A stretch of 64,000 bases of DNA from Thermomicrobiales bacterium (GCA_049646645.1 JBARWF010000134.1:2309-66308); one strand, 5' to 3'. Shown: positions 42,057-51,553, counted from the stretch's first letter. Notes: generated by a model from the sequence alone, not told the origin. Made by a program: numbers and translations.

Positions 42057-42335
42057 TTGGCTAACAGCAAGTCCGCGCTCAAGCGCATCCGCACGGCCGA
42101 GAAAAAGCGCCTGCGCAATCGTCCATTCCGCTCCGCGGCCCGCACCTACGTCAAGAAGGCTGAGCTGGCCATCGTCGCCGGCGATCAGAGCGCCGCGCAG
42201 CAGGCCGTGGCCACCGCGGTTAGCACGCTGGACCGCGTTGCCCAGAAGGGTGTGATCCACCGCAATAACGCCGCCCGCCGCAAGTCCCGCCTGATGGCAA
42301 AGTTCAACGCGATGGGTGCCGCCGCCGAGGCCTAG
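42057..42335 (+). CDS. rpsT: 30S ribosomal protein S20
   Basis: The sequence ANSKSALKRIRTAEKKRLRNRPFRSAART is a typical S20 N-terminus. The start is TTG, preceded by GAGGAAGG. Confidence 0.9.
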   Translation: MANSKSALKRIRTAEKKRLRNRPFRSAARTYVKKAELAIVAGDQSAAQQAVATAVSTLDRVAQKGVIHRNNAARRKSRLMAKFNAMGAAAEA

Positions 42336-42355
42336 TCTCGGGTGCGGAGCATCAT

Positions 42356-42389
42356 CAAGGCCCGGTCGAGTGCACTCGACCGGGCCTTG
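42356..42389 (+). terminator. Perfect 15-bp hairpin after rpsT
   Basis: The hairpin caaggcccggtcgag-tgca-ctcgaccgggccttg lies 21 nt after the stop. It is followed by tggcgtttgg. Confidence 0.6.
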
Positions 42390-42410
42390 TGGCGTTTGGT
42401 ACGGCGTGCT

Positions 42411-42437
42411 CGTCATTTCGAGCGTAGTCGAGAATTG
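42411..42437. repeat. Solo family-A arm
   Basis: The arm cgtcatttcgagcgtagtcgagaattg has no inverted partner nearby. Confidence 0.45.
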
Positions 42438-42552
42438 ACGAGGGAAGGGCTCGTATTTTCGGCGGAAGTGACTCGAACTGCCGGGAATACGTAGTTCCCC
42501 GGTGGAATCCCGTTTCCAGGTTGAGCGATTGGCACAGCAGCACGAACCGCGT

Positions 42553-43557
42553 CTAGCGGGCCTCCGCGATCGTGGCCAGCGCCACGTAGAGCGCATCGAC
42601 CGGGTCGCGCAACTCGCCGGTCTTGATCCGGCGATCGATCGTCTCCAGACCCACGACCGAGCGCTGGACCATGCCCGGTGTCCGTGGCAGGCTGCGCTGG
42701 ATGGATGCCATGCGCCGGGGATTGGTGAGCTGGATCTCGCGGCCAACGTCCTCGGGCGGGCGCCGTCCGGCGCTCGCCATCACGACCCCGAGCTCCAGTT
42801 GCTGGCTCAATTGGGCGAGCAGCTTGTGCGGGTCCTCACCCGCGGCGAGCAGGCGGTCGAGCTGGATCAGCGCCGCCGGCAGATTGCCGGACACGGCGGC
42901 GTCGATAAAGGTGAAGAGCTTGTCCTCGTCGCCACGATCGACCAGCTCGCGGACATGGTCGGCGGTAATCGGGCCGGGCAGCGCCGCCGCCGCCAGCTTT
43001 GCGATCTCGTTCTGCAAGAGTTCGAGATCGGGCGGCCGGTCGTAGGCCGGATTGTTGGCCTTCGCCCCCCACGACTGCGGGTAGAGCGTGCTCGCGATCA
43101 ATTGGGCCGTCTTCGGATCGAGTTCGGCTCCCTCCCGTTTAGCGGCGGATTGGAGCCACTTGACCAGCTGGGCGCCGCGCGGCGGATCGCAGGTGATGAC
43201 CAGCGCATCCGGTGGCAGCGCCTTCTTGACCGCGGCGGGAACGCTCTGCAGTGAGGGGTCGAAGAGGATCAGCGTGCTTGCGTCCGGTATGGCGGAGAAG
43301 AGACCCGTCCAGTCCGGCGGTGATCCGTTCTCCTTCGCGCCCTGCTTGCCGAGTCGCGCCACCAGATCCTCGACGATCACGAGCCTGCCGGCGCTGAAGA
43401 AGCCGAGGCTGGCCGCGGCCATCAGCACGTCGTTCAGCGAGGCCGTCTTGCCATCGAGCGTCGACGTGCTGGTTCCCTCCGGATCGCGAGCCGACGTCAG
43501 CGTTCGCAGTTCGGAGCGGGCCAAGGCGTTATCGGGACCGACGATGAGCGCGATCAT
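42553..43557 (-). CDS. holA: DNA polymerase III subunit delta
   Basis: The HolA-like N-terminus (ALIVGPDNALARSEL...FFSAGRLVIVEDL) and about 334-aa length fit the family. An alternative upstream Met lies at 43614. Confidence 0.78.
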   Translation of the reverse strand: MIALIVGPDNALARSELRTLTSARDPEGTSTSTLDGKTASLNDVLMAAASLGFFSAGRLVIVEDLVARLGKQGAKENGSPPDWTGLFSAIPDASTLILFDPSLQSVPAAVKKALPPDALVITCDPPRGAQLVKWLQSAAKREGAELDPKTAQLIASTLYPQSWGAKANNPAYDRPPDLELLQNEIAKLAAAALPGPITADHVRELVDRGDEDKLFTFIDAAVSGNLPAALIQLDRLLAAGEDPHKLLAQLSQQLELGVVMASAGRRPPEDVGREIQLTNPRRMASIQRSLPRTPGMVQRSVVGLETIDRRIKTGELRDPVDALYVALATIAEAR

Positions 43558-43977
43558 CGCATGCTCCAGGGCAGGGAACCCGGCCAACGTGCGAACGATG
43601 GGGTGTGCCGGCATCGGTGCGTTGTGGCCTGGGTGGGAAACATGTGGGGTCGACCGATCCCGGCGGAACCGCCTGCTGTGTGGAACCTTGAACCTGATTG
43701 CTCAGGTGGGCGCCGCAACATGCCACACGCCACGGCGTGCGGGAGAGCAGCTCCCGGTTCGAAGAGAGTTGGCTCAAGACCGCATTTGCAGGACAGAACC
43801 ACCGGGCCGGCCGAGCGCCGAGCGTACCATGTTCCGGTGAGGCAATTCAACATCCGCCGCTCGCGACGCGTCCGTTCGCGATCGCGGGTAGAATGGAAAT
43901 GAGACTGGTCTGGTGTATCAGGTGTCGAGCGCATTCGTGGAGCAGGACGAATGCGTCTTTCAGGAGATAGTGGGTCG

Positions 43978-45249
43978 ATGACAGACATCGAGAACTTGCA
44001 GGAGCCCTCCCGGCGACGGGTTGTCATCACCGGCGCCGGTGCGATCTGTGCCGTCGGCAACAATGTGCCCGATGTGTGGGATGCCATCCGGAACGGCCGT
44101 TCCGGGATCGGGCCGATCACCCGTTTCGATCCCGAGGGGTACGAGACGACATTCGCCGGCGAGGTCAAGGATTTCGATCCCGCGGCGACCTTGGGCCGCA
44201 AGGAGCACCGCCGGCTGGATCGCTTCGCTCAGCTTGCCATCGTGGCGAGCCGTGAGGCCGTGGCGCAATCCGGGCTCGATGTCGCGGCGGAGGCGACCCG
44301 CGTCGGCGTCCTGATCGGCACCGGCATGGGCGGCATGGAGACCTTCGAGTCTGGCACCGAGACCGTGCTGACCAAGGGGCCGAAGCGCGTCTCGCCCTTC
44401 TTCGTGCCGATGATGTTGCCGAACATGGCGTCCGGGAACGTTTCCATTGATGTCGGCGCCAAGGGCCCCAACTTTGCGACGATCTCCGCCTGCGCCAGTT
44501 CGGCCCATGCCATCGGCGAGGGCCTGCGCATGATCCGGGACGGGCGGGCGGACGCCGTGATTGCGGGCGGCACCGAGGCGCCGATCACGCGCATGGGGAT
44601 CGCCGGGTTCAATGCGATGGGCGCGCTCTCGACCCGCAACGACGATCCCGCCGCCGCCAGTCGTCCGTTCGATGGCGACCGTGATGGCTTTGTGCTCGCC
44701 GAGGGTGCCGCCGTGATCCTGATCGAGGATCGCGATCATGCCCTCGCGCGCGGAGCCACGATTCTCGGCGAGGTCCTCGGCTATGCGACGACCGATGACG
44801 CCTATCACATGGTGCAGCCGGGTCCGAACGGCGAGGGCGCGACGCGCGCGATCAAGCTTGCGTTCGAGGATGCCGGCATCGCGCCCGAGGATATCGACTA
44901 CATCAACGCGCACGGCACCTCCACCCAGCTGAACGAGAAGCTGGAGACGGAGGCGATCAAGAACGCGTTCGGCGATCACGCCTACAAGGTTCCGATCAGC
45001 TCCACGAAATCCATGACCGGGCATCTCCTCGGTGCCGCCGGTTCGCTCGAAGCCGTAATCACGCTCTGTGCAATGCGCGATGGCGTGCTGCCGCCGACCA
45101 TCAACCAGACCACGCCCGACCCCGCCTGCGATCTGGATTACGTGCCGAATACATCGCGCGAGGCCAGCATTGGCATCGCCATGTCCAACTCCATGGGATT
45201 CGGTGGACATAACGTGTCCCTCATCTTCGCTGCTCCAGGTGTGCGGTAG
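43978..45249 (+). CDS. fabF: Beta-ketoacyl-ACP synthase II, complete Cys-His-His triad
   Basis: The nucleophile context is ISACASSAHAIGE, with His motifs INAHGTSTQLNE and KSMTGHLLGAAG. The C-terminus reads NSMGFGGHN. AGGAGA lies upstream of the ATG. Confidence 0.9.
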   Translation: MTDIENLQEPSRRRVVITGAGAICAVGNNVPDVWDAIRNGRSGIGPITRFDPEGYETTFAGEVKDFDPAATLGRKEHRRLDRFAQLAIVASREAVAQSGLDVAAEATRVGVLIGTGMGGMETFESGTETVLTKGPKRVSPFFVPMMLPNMASGNVSIDVGAKGPNFATISACASSAHAIGEGLRMIRDGRADAVIAGGTEAPITRMGIAGFNAMGALSTRNDDPAAASRPFDGDRDGFVLAEGAAVILIEDRDHALARGATILGEVLGYATTDDAYHMVQPGPNGEGATRAIKLAFEDAGIAPEDIDYINAHGTSTQLNEKLETEAIKNAFGDHAYKVPISSTKSMTGHLLGAAGSLEAVITLCAMRDGVLPPTINQTTPDPACDLDYVPNTSREASIGIAMSNSMGFGGHNVSLIFAAPGVR

Positions 45250-45252
45250 ACC

Positions 45253-46515
45253 ATGCGAGGAGGGAAGACACACGCCAACGGAACGGCCCGGCGGGTCGTT
45301 GTGACCGGGAGCGGCGCCATCTCGGCCGTTGGCTGCGACGTGGCGACGACCTGGGCCGGCATTCGCGACGGGCGAACCGGGGTCAAGACCATTGAGCGGT
45401 TCGACCCGACCGACTTCGAGACGCGGTTTGGCGGGGAGATAACCGTCTTCGATCCGACGATTCTCGGTCGCAAGGCGTACCGGCGGATGGATCGCTTTAC
45501 CCAGTTCGCCGTGGTCGCTGCCCGTGAGGCGGTGACGCAATCCGGGATCGACATCGCATCGGCGCCGGAGCGTGTCGGCGTGCTGCTGGGCACCGGGCTT
45601 GCCGGCGTCGAGACGTTCGAGGCGACCTTCGAGATGATCCGGGACAAGGGGCCGCGCCGCGTCTCGCCATTTGCCGTGCCGATGACGATCCCGAACATGG
45701 CGCCGGGCATGGTTGCCATCGAGGTCGGCGCCCGTGGACCGGCATTTTCCTACTCATCGGCCTTCGCGAGCTCGGCTCATGCGATCGGGGAAGCGGCACG
45801 TATGATCCTCGATGGTGTCTGCGATGCCGCCGTTGCCGGAGGCTCGGAAGCACCGGTCACGCGGACAGGGTTGGCCGGATTCAGCGCAATGGGCGCGCTC
45901 TCGACCCGCAACGACGACCCCGCACGCGCCATCCGCCCGTTCGACCGGACGCGCGATGGCTGCATCCTGGGCGAGGGCGGCGCGATGCTCGTGCTTGAGG
46001 AGCGCGAACAGGCCATCGCGCGGGGCGCAACCCTTCTCGCGGAGCTCGTCGGGTACGGCACCGCCAACGATGCCTTCCACCTCGTGCAATTGCCCGAGGA
46101 TGGCGAGGGGTTGGTGACCTCGATGCAACAGGCGCTCGACGACGCTGGACTTGCACCCGAGCAGATCGGATATCTCAATGCCCACGGCACATCGACCGAG
46201 ATGAACGACCGGGTGGAGACGGTCGCTATCAAGCGCGTCTTTGGCGACCACGCGCGGAACCTGCCGGTCAGCTCGACGAAGGCCGCGACCGGGCACCTGC
46301 TGGGCGCGGCGGGCGCGCTGGAGGCGGTCATTTCGATCGAGGCGATGCGCTCCGGAGTCCTGCCACCCACGCTCAACCAGTATGAGGCCGATCCCGCCTG
46401 CGACCTCGACTACATCCCGAACGTCGCCCGACCGGTCGACGTCGACTATGTGATGTCGAACTCCATGGGCTTTGGCGGCCACAACACGGTGCTGGTCTTC
46501 GCCCGAGCGAACTGA
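45253..46515 (+). CDS. Beta-ketoacyl-ACP synthase II paralog with Phe replacing the catalytic Cys (KS-beta/CLF-like)
   Basis: It aligns end to end with the upstream FabF. The His motifs LNAHGTSTEMND and KAATGHLLGAAG are retained. The nucleophile context reads SSAFASSAHAIGE, with codon TTC at 45763-45765. The gene starts 3 nt after the fabF stop. Confidence 0.85.
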   Translation: MRGGKTHANGTARRVVVTGSGAISAVGCDVATTWAGIRDGRTGVKTIERFDPTDFETRFGGEITVFDPTILGRKAYRRMDRFTQFAVVAAREAVTQSGIDIASAPERVGVLLGTGLAGVETFEATFEMIRDKGPRRVSPFAVPMTIPNMAPGMVAIEVGARGPAFSYSSAFASSAHAIGEAARMILDGVCDAAVAGGSEAPVTRTGLAGFSAMGALSTRNDDPARAIRPFDRTRDGCILGEGGAMLVLEEREQAIARGATLLAELVGYGTANDAFHLVQLPEDGEGLVTSMQQALDDAGLAPEQIGYLNAHGTSTEMNDRVETVAIKRVFGDHARNLPVSSTKAATGHLLGAAGALEAVISIEAMRSGVLPPTLNQYEADPACDLDYIPNVARPVDVDYVMSNSMGFGGHNTVLVFARAN

Positions 46516-46533
46516 CATCGCGGATACGGATGC

Positions 46534-46569
46534 GACGAGCGCTCTGGCCACTCGGCCGGGGCGCTCGTC
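46534..46569. terminator. Hairpin between the convergent KS-like and MFS genes
   Basis: The outer stem gacgagcgc/gcgctcgtc encloses an inner ctggcc/ggccgg pairing. No clear U-tract is present. Confidence 0.4.
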
Positions 46570-46593
46570 CTGTCTCGATGTGATTCCAGAAGA

Positions 46594-48081
46594 TCAGTCG
46601 GTGGTGGCGTTGCGTCGCGGGGAACGCAGCCCGAAGATAGCGATCGCCAGCACGCCCAGCGCCAGGAGGGCCGCCGTCAGGAAACCGCGCTGCATGCCCT
46701 CGACCATCGAAGTCAGCGGGTCGCGGCCCGCGCTGGCGGCGCTCTGGCTGACGGTTGAGAAGACCGTGACGAGGACGGCAAGACCGATCGCCCCGCCGAT
46801 CTGCGACGCAGTCTGCATCAATCCGCTCGCTGCGCCGGAATCCTGCGGCGCGATCCGTCCCATGATGGTCAGGCTCAGCGAGACGAAGTTTGATACCGCG
46901 CCGGATGCCGTGACGAGCATCGCCACGATGACCAGCGGGAAGTAGGCGGTGTTCTGGTCGAGCTGCGAGAATAGGGTCAGTCCCGCCGCGATCGCCACTG
47001 CACCGTACATCACGACAAACCGAGCCCCAAACCGCTGTACTGCGAGCGGAACGACCCGCGCGCCGATGACGATGGTGGCGGAGAAGGGGAGGAACGCGAA
47101 CCCCGATTCGACAGCACTCATACCGAGCACGATCTGCAGGTATTGGGTAAGGAAGAAGAAGACACCGAAGAGCGTGGATGGCACCACCAGCATCGCCAGG
47201 AACGCGACCGCCCGGTTGCGCTCAGCGAAGAGACGGAATGGCATGATCGGCTGGCTCACCCGCCGCTCGATGGTCGCGAAGGAAACGAGTAGGACGAGCG
47301 CGGCGGCAAACGAGCCGATGGTCAGCATGTCGCCCCAACCTTCCTCGGCGGCGCGGATGAAGCCGTAGACGAGCGACGTCACGCCCAGCGTCGAGGTGAT
47401 CGCCCCGCCGAAATCCAGCCGCCCCGGCATGCGCGGCGCTTCATTGACCACACGCGGCGCCAGCAGCGCCACCGCGATGCCGATCGGCACGTTCACGAAA
47501 AAGACCCAGTGCCACGATACCCATGATGTCAGCATGCCGCCGACGATCAGGCCAATCGACGCCCCGACCCCTGAGACGCTGGAGAAGAGGCTCAGAGCGC
47601 GATCGCGAGGGGCGCCCGCCTCGAAGTTGGTGACGATCAGCGAGAGGGTGCTCGGTGCCGCTATCGCCGCCCCGACGCCCTGAAGAACGCGGGAGAGGAT
47701 CAGCATCTCCGGCGATTCGGCGAACCCGCCCAGCATTGATGCCACCGTGAAGACGATGACGCCCGCGACGAGCGCGCGACGGCGTCCGAAGATATCCCCG
47801 GCCCGGCTGCCGAGCAGGAGCAGCCCGCCGAACGCCAGGGCATAGGCGTTGACAACCCAGGAGAGGCCAGCGGCCGAGAAGCCCAGGCTCTCCCGGATGT
47901 GCGCGAGGGCGATGTTCACAATCGTGCCGTCGAGCACGACCATCAGTTGCCAGGCGAGGAGCACGCCAAGCCCGAGCGCCAGCCGCCAGCTCGCCGTGCT
48001 GGTGACCTCGGCCGCACGACCCAGACCGACCCCGGCCACCGAGGGTTCCTCGGCGGCAATCATTCCAGATTCGGCACTCAT
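46594..48081 (-). CDS. MFS transporter, DHA2 (14-TM, EmrB/QacA-like) drug-efflux type
   Basis: It has about 14 hydrophobic segments and the motifs LDGTIVNIAL and GSRAGDIFGRRR. The start was re-picked at MSAESG, with AAGGA upstream. It is divergent from tetR. Confidence 0.85.
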   Translation of the reverse strand: MSAESGMIAAEEPSVAGVGLGRAAEVTSTASWRLALGLGVLLAWQLMVVLDGTIVNIALAHIRESLGFSAAGLSWVVNAYALAFGGLLLLGSRAGDIFGRRRALVAGVIVFTVASMLGGFAESPEMLILSRVLQGVGAAIAAPSTLSLIVTNFEAGAPRDRALSLFSSVSGVGASIGLIVGGMLTSWVSWHWVFFVNVPIGIAVALLAPRVVNEAPRMPGRLDFGGAITSTLGVTSLVYGFIRAAEEGWGDMLTIGSFAAALVLLVSFATIERRVSQPIMPFRLFAERNRAVAFLAMLVVPSTLFGVFFFLTQYLQIVLGMSAVESGFAFLPFSATIVIGARVVPLAVQRFGARFVVMYGAVAIAAGLTLFSQLDQNTAYFPLVIVAMLVTASGAVSNFVSLSLTIMGRIAPQDSGAASGLMQTASQIGGAIGLAVLVTVFSTVSQSAASAGRDPLTSMVEGMQRGFLTAALLALGVLAIAIFGLRSPRRNATTD

Positions 48082-48154
48082 GAGGACCTTTCCTTGCGTT
48101 GTGGCCGGGGGAGCAGACATACGTCGCAGAGCAGGCCACTGTGGTAGAATACGC

Positions 48155-48209
48155 GCAAGCGGAGAGCTCCTCCGCTTGCCAGGCTCCACTATACGGAGGC
48201 TCCCTCCGT
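48155..48209. promoter_or_regulatory. Two palindromes in the tetR/MFS divergent region (candidate TetR operators)
   Basis: One is gcaagcggag-agctc-ctccgcttgc (48155-48179), just after a TGgTAGAAT extended -10-like motif (48145-48150). The other is acggagg-ctc-cctccgt (48193-48209). Confidence 0.35.
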
Positions 48210-48272
48210 TTGTAAAGGGGTCTGACCACATCGTTCTGAGATTCCCCACGACGCCGGCAGGTCGTCCACCAC

Positions 48273-48863
48273 ATGACTGAGATCGCCACACCCCCTCCCT
48301 CTCCACGACCAATGCGCGCCGACGCCCGCCGGAATTACGACCGGCTGGTGGCGCAGGCGCATGAGGTCTTTGTCGAGCAGGGCGTCGGTGCATCGTTCGA
48401 GGAGATTGCCCGTCGTGCCGGGGTTGGTCCGGGCACACTCTATCGGCACTTCCCCACGCGGGAGGCGCTGCTTTCGACGGTCATGGAGAGCGCCTTCCTC
48501 GCCCAGCACGCCTATGCGCTCGAGCTCCTGGAGCGTAAGGACGCGGCGGAGGCCCTGGAAGACTATGCCCGCTACTGGATTCGCAACACGGCGATCTACA
48601 AGGGCCTGGCGATGGAAGCGATGAAGGCGGCCATCGAAGGCGACGTATCTTCGATGGCAGCGAGCTGTATGGCGGTTCGGGCTGATGGCGACCGCATTCT
48701 GGAGCGGGCACAGGCCTCCGGGAAAATCCGGAAAGATATCGAGCAGAAGGATATCTGGCGCTTGCTGCACGGGGTCGTGATGGCCGTGAAGGACACCGAG
48801 ATTGATCAGGCTACGGCCCGAACCATGATCGACGTCATCCTGAAGGGCCTCCGCACCGAGTAA
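48273..48863 (+). CDS. TetR-family transcriptional regulator
   Basis: The N-terminal HTH reads FEEIARRAGVGPGTLYRHFPTREALL. Confidence 0.85.
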   Translation: MTEIATPPPSPRPMRADARRNYDRLVAQAHEVFVEQGVGASFEEIARRAGVGPGTLYRHFPTREALLSTVMESAFLAQHAYALELLERKDAAEALEDYARYWIRNTAIYKGLAMEAMKAAIEGDVSSMAASCMAVRADGDRILERAQASGKIRKDIEQKDIWRLLHGVVMAVKDTEIDQATARTMIDVILKGLRTE

Positions 48864-48906
48864 TAATCTCGCGCATCGGGAACACGGACGTACTCCGGAC
48901 GCGATC

Positions 48907-49689
48907 TCAAGTACTTGGTGCTGTGATGCAGTGTCGCCCACCCTGCGGGCCCGATGGCGTATGAGCTGCCTGATGTTGCCGGGCGATTCGGATGTTTCTT
49001 GCCCTAATGAATTCGATAGAAAGGCGTCGATATTGCCGGTATGTATCCGCATCCCTCGGCACTGAAGGCGTCTTGAAGTCATCGAATGCCATGAAATATT
49101 TGATCGTGGAATAGTCGTCTGTGACCAGATCCTGGAGCAGGAAGAATTCCACGTAGCCCCTGAAGTCGCTGAACAGCGCGAAGAAGTCGCTATACCGTCG
49201 CAGCGTGCCGCCGAGTGGGCTCTCCTCGTCGCAATAGTGTCGGCGAATGCATTCGAGGGTGAGGTCCATCCGATCGGCGATCTTGCGGCTGAACCCGCGT
49301 GCTCCATTGATCGTCTGTTTGCCGTCAATCCTGTTGCTTGGGAAAACCATCATGCCGCCGATAGTGTGGTGCAGGGTTCTGAATGCGTCCAGTTCTTCCT
49401 GTGGAAGCTGCTGGGTAATGTGTCGGAGGGCATCCCAGCTCGTGAACGTTTGCATGACGGAGTCGCTGGAGAGGAAGAATTCGCCAAGGCCGGAGCGGTG
49501 ATGCAGGTAGACCCCCGGGGTGGTGTCGGCGAGCGGGAACGGCGCGCCGCTTGGTAAGGGTTTGCTCCAGAGGATCCTGTGATAGCGGCGAAGGGTTGGG
49601 CTGTGTGCATCCGGGTCCTTGCCGCAGGCATCTGTGCGAAAGTCAAACGAGATGTCGATCACTTCTGCCCTCCCGAATCGCCGGATCAC
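48907..49689 (-). CDS. Orphan 260-aa protein in a lower-GC patch, function unknown
   Basis: The ORF stays open for 260 codons in DNA that is visibly more AT-rich than its flanks, where chance ORFs would be short. I recognised no family. Confidence 0.6.
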   Translation of the reverse strand: MIRRFGRAEVIDISFDFRTDACGKDPDAHSPTLRRYHRILWSKPLPSGAPFPLADTTPGVYLHHRSGLGEFFLSSDSVMQTFTSWDALRHITQQLPQEELDAFRTLHHTIGGMMVFPSNRIDGKQTINGARGFSRKIADRMDLTLECIRRHYCDEESPLGGTLRRYSDFFALFSDFRGYVEFFLLQDLVTDDYSTIKYFMAFDDFKTPSVPRDADTYRQYRRLSIEFIRARNIRIARQHQAAHTPSGPQGGRHCITAPST

Positions 49690-49795
49690 GTTCGCCGTGC
49701 CCGTGCCACCGAAGAAATGCTCTCGCTGCCGCCAGATACACGAACACCCGGGACATGTTCATGTCCCGGGTGTTGCATGCGATGCTTCGTTGCCG

Positions 49796-50962
49796 TCAGT
49801 CCAGGTAGCCCCGAAGTTGCGTGCTGGAATCCGGATGCCGCAGCTTGCGCAGCGCCTTCGCCTCGATCTGGCGGATCCGCTCGCGCGTGATCCCGAAATC
49901 GCGCCCAACTTCCTCCAGTGTCCGGAATCGCCCGTCGTCGAGCCCGTAGCGCAGCACGATGATGCGTCGCTCGCGCTCGGTCAGCTTGTCGAGCGCATCG
50001 CCGATCTGCGATCGCAAGAGTTGCTGGGAGGCGAGTTCCAGCGGCGCTGGCATCGTCTCGTCCTCGATGAAATCACCGAGGAAGGCATCGCCCTCGCTGC
50101 CGACCGGTGCTTCCAGGGAGACGGGATGACGCGCGACATCGATGACCTGGCGCACCTTGTCGTCGGAGATATCCATCGCCCGCGCGATCTCTTCCTGCGT
50201 GGGCTCGCGCTCCAGGATCTGCTGGAGCCGGTGGGACGTCTTCTTGACGCGGTTGATCGTCTCGCCGACGTGAACGGGGAGGCGGATCGTGCGGCTCTGG
50301 TCCGAGATCGCGCGGGTGATCGCCTGCCGGATCCACCAGGTGGCGTAGGTACTGAACTTGAACCCGCGATGATAGTCGAACTTGTCGGTCGCCTTCATCA
50401 AGCCGATGTTCCCCTCCTGGATCAGGTCCAGGAACGAGAGCCCGCGGCCGATGTATTTCTTGGCGACAGAGACGACGAGGCGAAGGTTCGCTTGGATCAA
50501 GTGCGCGCGAGCCGCCTCGCCATCCTTCATGTCCAGCTCGAGACTGGCTCGCTCCTCAGCGGAAAGCGTCCGGTCCGCCAGCCGCTCCTGGCACTGCTTG
50601 CCGCGTTCCATCCGGGTCGAAAGCCAGACCTCTTCCTCCATCGTCAGGAGGTTGGTCTCGCCGATCTCCTGCAGGTAGAGGCGAACCGAATCGCCGGCTC
50701 CAGAGAAGGGCTCGTCAGCAACCATCCGTGCCACGTCTTGTCGCTCGCGCTGCTTGCTGGCAATCCGGGTCGGAGGCGCCGCGACGGGCTTGACCGGTGC
50801 CGCGGGTTTCTGGTCGAAGACTTCGATTCCTTCCGCCACGATCGCTGAATAGAACTCTTCAAGCGAGTCAAGGTGCTCTTCCGCGTTGGGAAAGGCAGCG
50901 ATGATCTCGTCCGACAGCAGGTAGCCCTGATCTTTTCCTTTGGTGAGCAAGCTCGAATCCAT
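49796..50962 (-). CDS. RNA polymerase sigma-70 factor, second primary-like paralog with region 1.1
   Basis: It has region 1.1-like sequence ([26 protein letters not shown]), region 1.2 ([11 protein letters not shown]), region 2 ([19 protein letters not shown]) and region 4.2 ([28 protein letters not shown]). GAGGTGGA lies upstream of the ATG. Confidence 0.88.
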   Translation of the reverse strand: MDSSLLTKGKDQGYLLSDEIIAAFPNAEEHLDSLEEFYSAIVAEGIEVFDQKPAAPVKPVAAPPTRIASKQRERQDVARMVADEPFSGAGDSVRLYLQEIGETNLLTMEEEVWLSTRMERGKQCQERLADRTLSAEERASLELDMKDGEAARAHLIQANLRLVVSVAKKYIGRGLSFLDLIQEGNIGLMKATDKFDYHRGFKFSTYATWWIRQAITRAISDQSRTIRLPVHVGETINRVKKTSHRLQQILEREPTQEEIARAMDISDDKVRQVIDVARHPVSLEAPVGSEGDAFLGDFIEDETMPAPLELASQQLLRSQIGDALDKLTERERRIIVLRYGLDDGRFRTLEEVGRDFGITRERIRQIEAKALRKLRHPDSSTQLRGYLD

Positions 50963-51270
50963 TGAAGCGTTTCCACCTCTCGGGCGAGCGCAGCGCTGAA
51001 AGTGTCAGCGTTGACCACGGGGCGTTGCGCGATGAGCCGGTTCAGACGTCGAAACCTCTGGTCGCAGATCTCTCCGGTCAGTCCTGCCGGTACCACGATC
51101 TGCGGCAATCAGCCGATGCCCGAACGGCGATCGTAAAGGCAGCACATAGGAAAACCCCACGCGAAACGCGTCGGGCGTTCACCAGTTCACGGACCCTCGA
51201 CTGTCTCTGGATTGGCGCTCATGGTTCTCCTCAGTTCCCGTGAGCCTAGCCTGTTGGTTCTTTACAGACC

Positions 51271-51300
51271 AGTCTACGGGACCGATGTATTCGATTTCAA
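51271..51300 (-). promoter_or_regulatory. Candidate sigma-70 promoter, TTGAAA-18-TAGACT (minus strand), far upstream of the second sigma gene
   Basis: The reverse complement reads TTGAAAtcgaatacatcggtcccgTAGACT. It would give a leader of about 300 nt. Confidence 0.3.
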
Positions 51301-51553
51301 GGAAGTGCATACAAAATACGGCGTCGCATAGGAGGCGATCGCTCGCTCAAAGCCGGATTTATAGACACAATTTATCTATGCGATCGGAATGCTTGGACTT
51401 GGCCGCGAAGATGGTCCGATTTTCGATATGGTGAAGGTTTCCAATGGCCCCTTGCTCCATATCCGACGCAACCGGTCGTAGTTCTCACGTTTCGACGTCG
51501 GGAGATGATGAGGGACAGGGGATGCCCTCATGACGCGTTGCCTCAGTACGTCA

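Noticed and set aside
43745-43780. A tRNA-like T-loop (cggttcgaag).
   Set aside because: The flanking bases do not form a T-stem or an acceptor stem. No cloverleaf can be drawn.
43960-45540. A 526-aa minus-strand ORF across fabF.
   Set aside because: It lies antisense to a canonical ketosynthase.
50644-51108. A 154-aa minus-strand ORF overlapping the start of the second sigma gene.
   Set aside because: It is out of frame with a strongly supported sigma-70 gene. It has no motif and its composition is atypical.
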